From IMG/VR virus record IMGVR_UViG_3300006802_000078, positions 27,626-91,625 of that record: 64,000 nt of DNA. The stretch is one strand, 5' to 3'. Numbering within the stretch: the stretch's first letter is position 1; each line of letters opens with the position of its first letter. Of the stretch, positions 59,601-64,000 are shown piece by piece. The position numbers and the translations under genes are program-made. The DNA comes from a virus. The notes beneath the pieces were generated by a model, which made no database searches, was not told where the DNA came from, and worked only from the letters and a program-made list of their open reading frames with translations.

Positions 59601-60997
59601 GGCTCGGGCTCATCGAGGAGGGGTACGACCCTCGCATCGCGGGGCAGATCGTCAACAAGATCCTCTTCGACTACGCCACCAGCGTGACCGCGGCTGAGAG
59701 GAACAACCTCTTCCTCGGGATCCTGTTCCCCTTCTGGGCCTACCAGAAGAACATGAACCGCTTCGCCCTGGACATGGCGGCGCTGCCCGAGACGGCCTAT
59801 CGCTGGCACGCGCTGCGCACCCTGGAGCAGGACGGCGGGCAGCTGCTGACCGAGGTCATCTACGACATGACCCACGACGCGTACGGCGTCGATGAGAGCA
59901 GGCTCGATGAGCGCGACCGCGCTGCCTACGCCGTGCTCCGCTCCCGCCTCGAGCTCGGCTGGGGTCCGATCGCCGAGCTCGCACCCGACACCCGCCAAGC
60001 GTTGGAGACGATACTGGGGGGCCACGGGCCGATCGAGGAGTGGCCCCCCGAGCTGCGCTACGCGATTGAGAACGGGTACGGCTCACCCTCGCGGATGCCC
60101 AACGACCTGCGCCAGGCGGTCGGGCTGCTGTTCCGCGGCCCCGATGGGAGGCTCACCTCGCGAGACGGTGATCAGCTGATCCTGTCTGGGATGGCTCAGG
60201 TCCATGTGCGGAGGCCGCCCGCGATGACGGGCGAGGCGGTCGACGAGTACCCCGTGCGGGGAGGGAGGAAGAGCTTCTACCGGGACCGCCCCGGCGTCGA
60301 TGTGCTGTCCGCAGTGAAGGCAGACACCAGGGCGTACCTGAGCCAGATGTCGGCGGCGGACCGCTACCTGTTCATGCTGCCGCCGAACGGGGTCGACGAC
60401 GCGGTGAAGATGATGGCGCTGGTACCGATGGCCCTCGCGCTCATCCCGCTCACCCTCCAGGAGGCGCTCGTCGACGAGGACGGCAGCTTCTCCGACATGA
60501 ACGTCGAGACGAAGCGGTCGCTGCTGCTCCGCGCCGTGTCTGAGAGCATCTCCCCCTCCCGCGCGCTGGGATGGAGCGACGTCGGCCACATCATCACGGG
60601 CTCGGAGGACATCGGGTCCTGGCGCAGTGTCTCGCCTCTGACGGGCATGGTCATGGAGAAGCTGGGGCTGCCCGTCAGCATCTCGATGGAGGAGCGCGAC
60701 TCCGAGGGGAACCTGAAGAAGGAGCGGAAGTACTCGCTGCCCCCTGGTGCGATGTCGCTCGTCTACCAGGGGATCGGAGGAACCAGCCTCGTGTCCTCGG
60801 CCGACGCGCTCTACGCCGCAACAAAGTGGGCGCTCGACGAGCCGAGCGGAACGGCGATGGAGCAGGCCGAAGGCGCAGACGTGGCGTTCTTCATCGCCAT
60901 CGCGAAGATGCTCGGCGTGTCCGTCGACGAGTACTCCCCGGAGCAGACCGCGGGAAGACTGGCGCGAGACACCAAGCCACCTCCGGCGGGGCGGTAG
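47654..60997 (+). CDS. giant polyvalent internal virion protein (4447 aa) with three zincin metallopeptidase motifs and an LPD23-like domain
   Basis: HEIGH (53978), HEVQH (55037), HELWH (56750); WKNTGWRRGPDNAWRFEIDD..HPRLFEAYPEL; C-terminal FDY..FPFW. Confidence 0.85.
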   Translation: MPTPTPTPDKLTEEDLAPFGDLFGPPPAAPPGTKKLPATSAGGPVMVDDAHLKDVNPKVPEPKAKEPKAKAAEPAPKAKAAEPAPKAKAAEPAPKAPEPKPAEPAPKPAEPPKAKAAEQLESAEETLPPTSRPLPPTDEVAAARAALEPLKQKATEERVAATAADQRSQADALELRRLLDGAVMLYAPYRSAVEREQAAATPEMGMPMPSLLSGGAALRSAMALGFAAAARTGDPKVYKGFEAAAVLKHIGRMKREAEAGGGSAPYMSPSEYWAAARASGVPLEQMLREIVIDNKRVDDVIDDAVSRSQDPRVKAILLRAKAQGAGQQQQRSAIDKVVDVAKAPLGVLAPGPSEASKAEAAAKSQAVRAEAAAKAGQLERAAAIEATGSVRQRAKIADAGIREMYAAMSGDADELADASREREEAEAKYRRLHGGRMAASLRETTLRDWTGTQATSGVMGVSERDPDVDFDSAQAQATAITLLREMMPPEARDLSDDELVMAAPQKSPLVQSFVQATRFAGGHRGWIEQRADAIQRAKSQALTREGKNPAEAYGPGMRADAVAEAVREATVFRVVGLWGGPLIINLAQLTGEQAQRGEEISLADAMKAQVEIVGLDRNGVVIYRQESVPSWLFGLADMPIQAAMAYYEVAKENVTGERDNADAERNWYDIGQKFRSNVARRHGLLDLAIETGVFTDENTAVIPVDQDSPWHPYAKATEQLALGGAAVVATMLAPDMFMVAGGVGGSVRGAMATRRAAKVAEGLKSASTLLREAHALGEAGKIDEAVAALRKAEAIEVALRKSNPEIMRAVDRADVAAYEKATADGGAVADLRTRKEAGGVLPGALGKEAQTLHPGMRVDALKQGEAVDDAADFPHLFNYANPLQDAAKLSPEDLAQAGRRHAAAKVVGEEGNKLRASAAKIKDPAGREEVRLFIEEQLAIIQDKAAHGIDKTTMQKELRDAVAARFVGDDNKPLREGLYKKLTGLGGRAVEAAEKADPLDPVRAILGNIASRAEGHEVMANASKKALGMTTNLLKEGKYASEASILRAIAQDAADAAGIEDATARAVFIEKRIKQWQKALSTGKPIDVVGRRITIDDVVREDTLVRQRVRDGLTPQQAMDEWRAKVPGKVEAAAAPKGPEGSKGPEGSKESGEDYAERPTVVEKKPAAAPDPDVERPTEVDRDTVVVPAADSTQGRARAAATPEWTPERTQAVAPDDDSTAARIAGLKPKEPTDAALPRWQRVSPARGRGEAAMKGDGPQAWAPGKEPAEPAPAAPAAAAAPAAPKAAPKAAPPAEPPPAAAAAAAAAPASTPAPKAAPAAVAPAPKRERPPTRKEKIQASAKKLMDASVASPTNEGIASADDFNEAMAMVLKDLGYDDDVIQAVAHGKTDVVVSGKIKSPRALRNQVRDLLDEAYAAAGIERPPRLVQTAQGDWLEYADGTRLNWLPKEERAAALAGLSEDAEEVADVADVAEEVADVAEEVADVAEDAPKVAAAPEPAAAPEPLPEPLPKAEAAPAAPAAPAPAAPAAPAPPREKMTVPEEWAAEQLGLEHIDDFDAKSATPEDLSGLGGAYNQAKEIGDAETALYLEGLIIEAVDKIADMADPGDMGGLLLKVDSDKLVRSLRFYADHSVTDPKKLQNVADAIEGYRGFKHQSSPEVAAAMADARRASKAAAAAPQQVGLPLPAPAAAPAAAAASRPHIAQVGAAEAKKIINSASLDQLDELFHEEASRGTKARKGVVSAIDQRRAALQAEAGLPVTESPVLEAPKPVKEPKRAAPPKPVFTEQQQNFLDKVRQGRATSRAMEEERLKAKNAGDVAYLKAMIEAEANVPGRASVKRKLDNDLDVVQTRKALKFDAALLSEAPDAVSPRRAQASAARELDDLLDQASDAAAQVLTPEANRGRTGNVMRSALESTLATRGTGGVDAVELASRVAPEVQAVATAEEEAIRARRLRFDASAMRGRLVPGSKKRVVAAQRALEDAEAALRQAHARLEVALATGVREQLGAEWRALPIRPEATTRGLEALARRILMAEGEGEGAFPLLHLVTQLAMDAGQGGDIDFLRLRMGGTADAAAGDYKPIRKVIAIGDEAIARLRAGDSMGLRVAAHEIGHAVAALLDEEQVGKLAEQYARDVRRAAQGGGGRTGRAMAMDLMAGGDKAPLARYRYLSFDEWVAEKYADYAMRQVSFNRLSPFWRGMVMSVDRITTRIGHTLGWDSVEIFIQQALRDPLRTATSATLEERMQAKAVIEGGRNIASEARLQVLSEYGAMAEEEATASARLDAAARLVDEAASEAEPSLKMFLGERGAETLDEADASRWGRHADDPMMIELERARQMLDDGTSAEEVWKNTGWRRGPDNAWRFEIDDSGAYLKRDAFQRAKTEKASPGSKAGVKTRLGDLIRHPRLFEAYPELKDVVVVMGETDNPALLGQFVTDAFGGVGAIHVFNPKRQTHEQILKTILHEVQHNIQEIEGFAEGGGWEISPEGEALVQRIFDKAQALRDRRQEWHITDELLMAQAKDKVYRRTYGEVEARNVESRMGLDERGRAAKFPTKTQDVADSNAIIVWNGEVMGSPKASRAPVAATAEAAGAQVLSNAGATPEREVARIAEELRREQPSIAEVVDRAAVRGASTDSDTRYKVGLQRPVEGLRGFESGGKFHRFVAEHGEEGALQLVRASAVEAVADGAAPELVAALVELRTRAIRDPSYVEVVPPGRTYPRWNSGGSALPTCEHRLRDLERDLAQLASSLNDGVSQWGTLNAEQAREALAAIAGATLDDLVAGRVSPRFASVSSVEWRIVAIERSAQRLQESVREASELLGFDVPMPHPTGHAYFGKEAFYGRLADGASQGSYEAAANWIKRKTPPPKQRAGFDTFGTHADVDTSRAAVVPESLDPQRKIGSEILGDFERKPEAPEGTGTPRDIDTKRLPPEKERQAARGRSDMRRRIYDEQEKLWKAWTKDSRVATITDADYATVKAFLAMVGSERLKSVGLLIVPEIPSWRGTILGQYNFASDVVTISHAATSSGRFTDTTIHELWHALSRYIGNDRVDGLYKEFIREREAYKAAHPAEFDLRGNLKEIHHTPTHSGYRYSSIDEWVVEKMKDLSISDATRKAQADLVRRGMLRTTEGGQPPPPVVETLRGLRDLVTSHVGHMVSRWSNDQVFKTYDEFMTGTITEMARRDTLGHEVERLGLATQEVQQTLRDRARAFVESLMDRLRGTTKPDMQLDQEAASYVGDVIKTSPSRQALEERAGLEQLRRVLEQQVAVDEGGRATEQSLRLPSATLAGVPPTSGEPGVTRVPYGRSRTLGTTSTSELLATSDDAESGMLSHALRRVVLMLGDNERRAMQLFPPHLQQVLLAGNRKVSAAVNDMQVILSEADFGKVVDYIDGKQVELRGAGVAPSSGRRAVRVGLRPGEAASSSPIEDLRFAINTWIETQPPAVQAGLRAFAEGESINSPQVGNALVDALSRRSNRAPDVITALVYSTLPPGDNVPAFERAAAGHLVVEDLHRYPSVWAPMRAILRDSLTPPADGSSRQLLHDLANLEAKGKHARPSRRSIRVGRAATVIAGYSGAAHAFDLWRDMGIGIDPALALAATTLARGGSLNTLPPDVLKRVAALAVEAGAPDARALAERVLQRTGTAKGAAHWKSPVGVDPASVEYAPHVKKARAEAEAAAEALTGVARREAIQASVAAASEGETFFPEAAVRMIDAALDRAIDEAGILKEHGKLGKGEIAADMALDGLRALKAAVTKGVFFPRNAMITMDQFDAARQTAIGYGYRQAARNAVRQSLPSLVALAPGGGIALRTSAGQRVLAAAQNVGDASAKGIGYLLGIDNGEVVVLRAPTKEGATKLQVAASAARDFLGVEDIINGTDAVFAIGDSVARGSDLQQIAVETGVIQKFASMGTERTFSGGRRLKGLELSPREAHLLGDDVARQWDDFVEDLHAVVEQPAGWASDKVKGWVAGTQGIVEDMSVRSRVGLWLGLIEEGYDPRIAGQIVNKILFDYATSVTAAERNNLFLGILFPFWAYQKNMNRFALDMAALPETAYRWHALRTLEQDGGQLLTEVIYDMTHDAYGVDESRLDERDRAAYAVLRSRLELGWGPIAELAPDTRQALETILGGHGPIEEWPPELRYAIENGYGSPSRMPNDLRQAVGLLFRGPDGRLTSRDGDQLILSGMAQVHVRRPPAMTGEAVDEYPVRGGRKSFYRDRPGVDVLSAVKADTRAYLSQMSAADRYLFMLPPNGVDDAVKMMALVPMALALIPLTLQEALVDEDGSFSDMNVETKRSLLLRAVSESISPSRALGWSDVGHIITGSEDIGSWRSVSPLTGMVMEKLGLPVSISMEERDSEGNLKKERKYSLPPGAMSLVYQGIGGTSLVSSADALYAATKWALDEPSGTAMEQAEGADVAFFIAIAKMLGVSVDEYSPEQTAGRLARDTKPPPAGR
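47830..48005 (+). repeat. coding tandem repeat (27-nt KAKAAEPAP units)
   Basis: GAAGGCGAAGGCCGCGGAGCCGGCGCC repeated three times plus degenerate copies. Confidence 0.85.
52040..52120 (+). repeat. coding tandem repeat (21-nt AEEVADV units)
   Basis: GCCGAGGAAGTCGCGGACGTG repeats. Confidence 0.85.
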
Positions 60998-61052
60998 CTC
61001 GCGGCGCACGACGTGCTACGCTGAGCCGTAGCACCTACTTGGAGCCGATCCC

Positions 61053-61544
61053 ATGTTCATCCATGCCACCCAGGGAGTCGTCACGGTGGTCCCCGACGGA
61101 GGCCTGGCGTGCACGGGGGGGACCTCCGCCTACCAGGAGTTGGGGAGCACCACCGAGTCCGACACCGCGCCGCTGCACAGCCACAAGCTGCGGGAGATCG
61201 AAGTCGTCTTCTCGACGGTGGTCAGCGGCGCCCCCGGCACGGTGCGAGTCGGGCTGTGGCGTGACGCTGCCAAGGACTACTGCTTCCTCGAGCTGCGGCC
61301 CGCTGTGAACATCGTGCCCGGCACCACGGACGACACGGTGGGGGTTGCGCGCTTCCGTAGCCTGGACACCTACCACTACTTCGACGCCGACCACAGCGTG
61401 AAGGCCAGTGGCTACGCCAACGACCCTGGCCCGAGCAAGTACGCGAAGTCCGGGGGAGACGCGAACCGGACGGCGCTGGTGGTGGAGCTGCTGACCAGCG
61501 CGAACGTGACCGTCGAGAAGATCCGCTACATCTACGAAGCGTAG
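61053..61544 (+). CDS. hypothetical virion-region protein (163 aa)
   Basis: GGAG RBS; upstream TGCTACGCT extended -10. Confidence 0.7.
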   Translation: MFIHATQGVVTVVPDGGLACTGGTSAYQELGSTTESDTAPLHSHKLREIEVVFSTVVSGAPGTVRVGLWRDAAKDYCFLELRPAVNIVPGTTDDTVGVARFRSLDTYHYFDADHSVKASGYANDPGPSKYAKSGGDANRTALVVELLTSANVTVEKIRYIYEA

Positions 61545-61572
61545 CCCCGCAGCTGCCCGCAGCTACTCACGG

Positions 61573-61601
61573 TTGCAGCGACGCTCGACGGATGGTAGCT
61601 T
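61573..61601 (+). promoter_or_regulatory. sigma70-type promoter
   Basis: TTGCAG-N17-TAGCTT with TG extension. Confidence 0.6.
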
Positions 61602-61634
61602 CGTCGCAGACTGCTCTCCTACCTGGAGCCCCCC

Positions 61635-62456
61635 ATGGGAACCCCCGCTGGCCAGATCGACCCCGCTCGCGCCTCCACCGCCGAGTCCGGGGACACCGCC
61701 AACCGCGCTGCCTCGCTCCGCTTCCTCGCCGGCACCGCGCTGGTCAAGAACCGGATCGTGTGCGTCACCGGGCGGGGGGGCGGGGGCAACTACCTCGCCG
61801 TCGTGGGCTACGCCGGCAGCGCCGACGTGCTGCAGCCGAACGGCGACCTCTGGATCGTCGACCACGCCGCCGCCGCGGCCAACGACGAGGTCCGCTGCGT
61901 TCGGGAGAAGGTCTACGACGACGCCACCCTGACGGCGTCGAGCTACCCCGCGCTGCTCTACCTCACCACCAGCGGGCAGGTCAGCACCACGCCCGGCACC
62001 CAGCTCCGCCCCGTCGGGGCGCTGACCGCCGAGGGGAAGGTGTGGCTCGCGCCGAGCCAGTTCCGCGCCCACACGGTCTCCTCCTTCTCCCGCCAGGGAG
62101 CGCCGTCGGCCAAGACGACCGCCGCGGTCCTCACCGCTGCGGAGATCCTGACCCGCATCATCACCGTGACCCACGCGGCGGGTGCCGACCAGGCGTACCA
62201 GCTCCCGACGGGAACGCTCATGAGCGCCATGGCCTCGTTGGTCGACGGCGACGCCATCGAGTGGTCCCTCATCAACCTGAGCGCCGCCGCCGCCGACACC
62301 GCCACGATCACGGCGAACACCGACCACACCATCGTGGGGGTCCCCACGGTGCAGTCGGCCCACGCGTCGACGGGCACGCTCTACGGCAACGCGGTGCGAT
62401 TCCTCTCCCGCAAGAGCTCCGGGAACACCTGGATCACCTACCGGATCGGGGGCTGA
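61635..62456 (+). CDS. capsid fibre/decoration-like protein (273 aa)
   Basis: LYLTTSGQVSTT..VG and TAAVLTAAEIL..LPTGT..GDAIEWSLIN; T/A/G rich. Confidence 0.55.
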   Translation: MGTPAGQIDPARASTAESGDTANRAASLRFLAGTALVKNRIVCVTGRGGGGNYLAVVGYAGSADVLQPNGDLWIVDHAAAAANDEVRCVREKVYDDATLTASSYPALLYLTTSGQVSTTPGTQLRPVGALTAEGKVWLAPSQFRAHTVSSFSRQGAPSAKTTAAVLTAAEILTRIITVTHAAGADQAYQLPTGTLMSAMASLVDGDAIEWSLINLSAAAADTATITANTDHTIVGVPTVQSAHASTGTLYGNAVRFLSRKSSGNTWITYRIGG

Positions 62457-62461
62457 CCCCT

Positions 62462-62902
62462 ATGCCGGGCAAGACCAAGGCTGCATCCGCTGCCCCCGCC
62501 ACGCCGGTGGCGCCTGTCGCGCTGGCCCGCCCCATGCTCGACCCCGAGCGCGACTTCACCTACCACCCCCCCACCTCCGAGACTGGGCCGAAGTTCACCG
62601 CGCTCCGTGAGGCGGAGGTACAGGCATCGGACCGGGTGCACAACGGGACCACCAGCGGGGACTTCGAAGCCATCTCCCTCGCGACCATGGCGTTCGCCAA
62701 GGTGATCCTGGAGGTCGCCCCCGCCGGCCCGCGCCAGACCCTGGCCTACCGCAAGGTGGAGGCGGCCCGCATGCTGGCCAACGAGGCTGTGGTGCTCTAC
62801 CTCGAGCGCCGCATCGCGCCCGGGGCCAAGCTCCTCGACAAGGCGCTCACGGCATTGGTCGAGGCTCGCCACTGCGCGTCCGCCGCCGTCGCGCTGGCCT
62901 GA
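62462..62902 (+). CDS. Acb2/Tad1-like hairpin-domain protein
   Basis: DFTYHPP..KFTALR..FAKVILEVAP.GPRQTLAYRKVEAARMLANEAV. Confidence 0.6.
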   Translation: MPGKTKAASAAPATPVAPVALARPMLDPERDFTYHPPTSETGPKFTALREAEVQASDRVHNGTTSGDFEAISLATMAFAKVILEVAPAGPRQTLAYRKVEAARMLANEAVVLYLERRIAPGAKLLDKALTALVEARHCASAAVALA

Positions 62903-62909
62903 GCCACAC

Positions 62910-63257
62910 ATGGCCATCGACCTCTCCAGCGTGGCCCGCCCCTCCAGCACGGGGGGCTACGCCACCAAGCGCGGGGCGCTGCACGCCGACGCCAACAAGG
63001 TGGTCAAGCTGACCACGCCAGGTTGGGCCAGCTACGCCCTCGTCTACGCGACGCAGAGCGACGACCTCACGCTGGACAGCTGGTCGGTCGACACGTCCAC
63101 CCTGAGCGAGGGTGACGCGAAGACGACGAACGCCTTCACGTGGCCCTCCACGTCTCCGGCGGGGCTGCCCTTCCAGCTGGGTGGCGCGGTCCTCAACATC
63201 GCTGGCACCTCTGGGGGCGGCTATCTCCACGTGATGCTCTTCGAGGAGAAGCCGTAG
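62910..63257 (+). CDS. hypothetical protein (115 aa)
   Basis: Packed ORF. Confidence 0.65.
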   Translation: MAIDLSSVARPSSTGGYATKRGALHADANKVVKLTTPGWASYALVYATQSDDLTLDSWSVDTSTLSEGDAKTTNAFTWPSTSPAGLPFQLGGAVLNIAGTSGGGYLHVMLFEEKP

Positions 63258-63724
63258 TGATCGCGCTGTGGCGAGGTCCGGGGCTGGTCTTCGCTGGGGA
63301 AGCATCCGGCTCCTCCCCCTCCGTGGCGGTCGCCCCGACCGTGGCCATCGACGCCGTCACGAACAAGAACGGTCTCGACCCGATCGCGCTCTCGGCCGAT
63401 GTGACCGGCGGAGTTGCCCCCTACTCCTATGCGTGGACCGCCACCGGCCCGGACAGCGCCACCGGTAGCTTCGACGATGCCACCTCCGCCACGCCCACTT
63501 TCACGCCCGACGTCAACGGGTACTGGGTGATCGAGCTGACCGTGACGGATGCGAACCTCCTGACGGGCTCCGACACTGAGGACTACCGAGCCGGCTACCC
63601 GCCCCCGCCTGTGGAGTTGGTGCCGGCGCCGGTCGTATCCGACCCAGATGCGGCCTACAAGGTGCGGCTCTTTGAGGTCGGCACGAACATGGACAACACC
63701 CTCATCGTGGAGTCGTGGTCATGA
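63257..63724 (+). CDS. PKD/Ig-like domain protein
   Basis: VTGGVAPYSYAW..ATPTFTPDVNG..LTVTD; GTG start overlapping the upstream TAG. Confidence 0.7.
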   Translation: MIALWRGPGLVFAGEASGSSPSVAVAPTVAIDAVTNKNGLDPIALSADVTGGVAPYSYAWTATGPDSATGSFDDATSATPTFTPDVNGYWVIELTVTDANLLTGSDTEDYRAGYPPPPVELVPAPVVSDPDAAYKVRLFEVGTNMDNTLIVESWS

Positions 63725-64000
63725 GCCTCACAACCCAAGAGTGGCGCTATGTCGGCTCTGCGACCGTCGGCGCCGCCACCGTCCACGCCTGCCTGGAGGC
63801 GCTCTACAGCCTCGGGACCTCGGCCACCTACTACGACGCGACCTCCCGCACCGAGGGGGCTGGGTCCGCCTGGACATGGACCGGGCGCCGCTTCCAGGAC
63901 GGCGGAGCCACGGAGTGCCTCTACCCGATCCCACCCACCGATCCGACCGGGCAGTGTGTCCTCTTCGCGGGCTCCGCTACCTCCAAGACGCCGACGATGG
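63721..64000 (+). CDS. hypothetical virion-region protein (truncated by window)
   Basis: ATGA-coupled start MSLTTQEWRYVG, open to the window end. Confidence 0.65.
   Translation, partial: MSLTTQEWRYVGSATVGAATVHACLEALYSLGTSATYYDATSRTEGAGSAWTWTGRRFQDGGATECLYPIPPTDPTGQCVLFAGSATSKTPTM

Noticed and set aside
43621-60025. Long minus-strand ORFs (1071, 1246, 1540, 1133 aa) and similar ones elsewhere
   Set aside because: Antisense shadows typical of high-GC coding DNA; R/L/G/P-rich, no RBS or motifs.
1-64000. Integrase, transposase, reverse transcriptase/DGR, phage RNA polymerase or stop-codon reassignment
   Set aside because: No diagnostic motifs seen, and genes tile densely under the standard code.

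Overview
The window is a ~64-kb segment of a high-GC (~70%) tailed dsDNA phage, probably podovirus-like. The genome extends beyond both ends, and I see no integrase, DNA polymerase or lysis genes here. Positions 1-21.9 kb form one leftward 'early' array of more than 40 small, tightly coupled, mostly acidic ORFs behind a sigma70-type promoter. Recognisable members are a ComM/YifB homolog (absent from the ORF track), a RadC/JAB protein, a HicB-like protein, a DnaJ-type Zn finger and a P-loop kinase. The array is interrupted by non-coding structured elements: (i) a 226-nt tRNA(Ala)/tmRNA-like RNA with a G3:U70 acceptor stem, T-arm and encoded CCA, but a long rod in place of the anticodon or tag domain (17154-17379); (ii) a second folded element directly downstream of it; (iii) an AT-rich, inverted-repeat-rich region at ~19.1-19.6 kb; and (iv) a ~1.1-kb ORF-poor, hairpin-dense region at 20.15-21.28 kb. 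Genes from 22.3 kb onward run mostly rightward: accessory genes (RHH, DUF3310), TerS-like and scaffold-like genes, an inverted TerL-portal pair, major capsid, decoration, adaptor, nozzle and ejection-type proteins. They also include a 4447-aa polyvalent protein with three HExxH zincin motifs and an LPD23-like domain, and an Acb2/Tad1-like candidate anti-defence sponge. All calls come from reading motifs by eye; no searches or folding programs were run.
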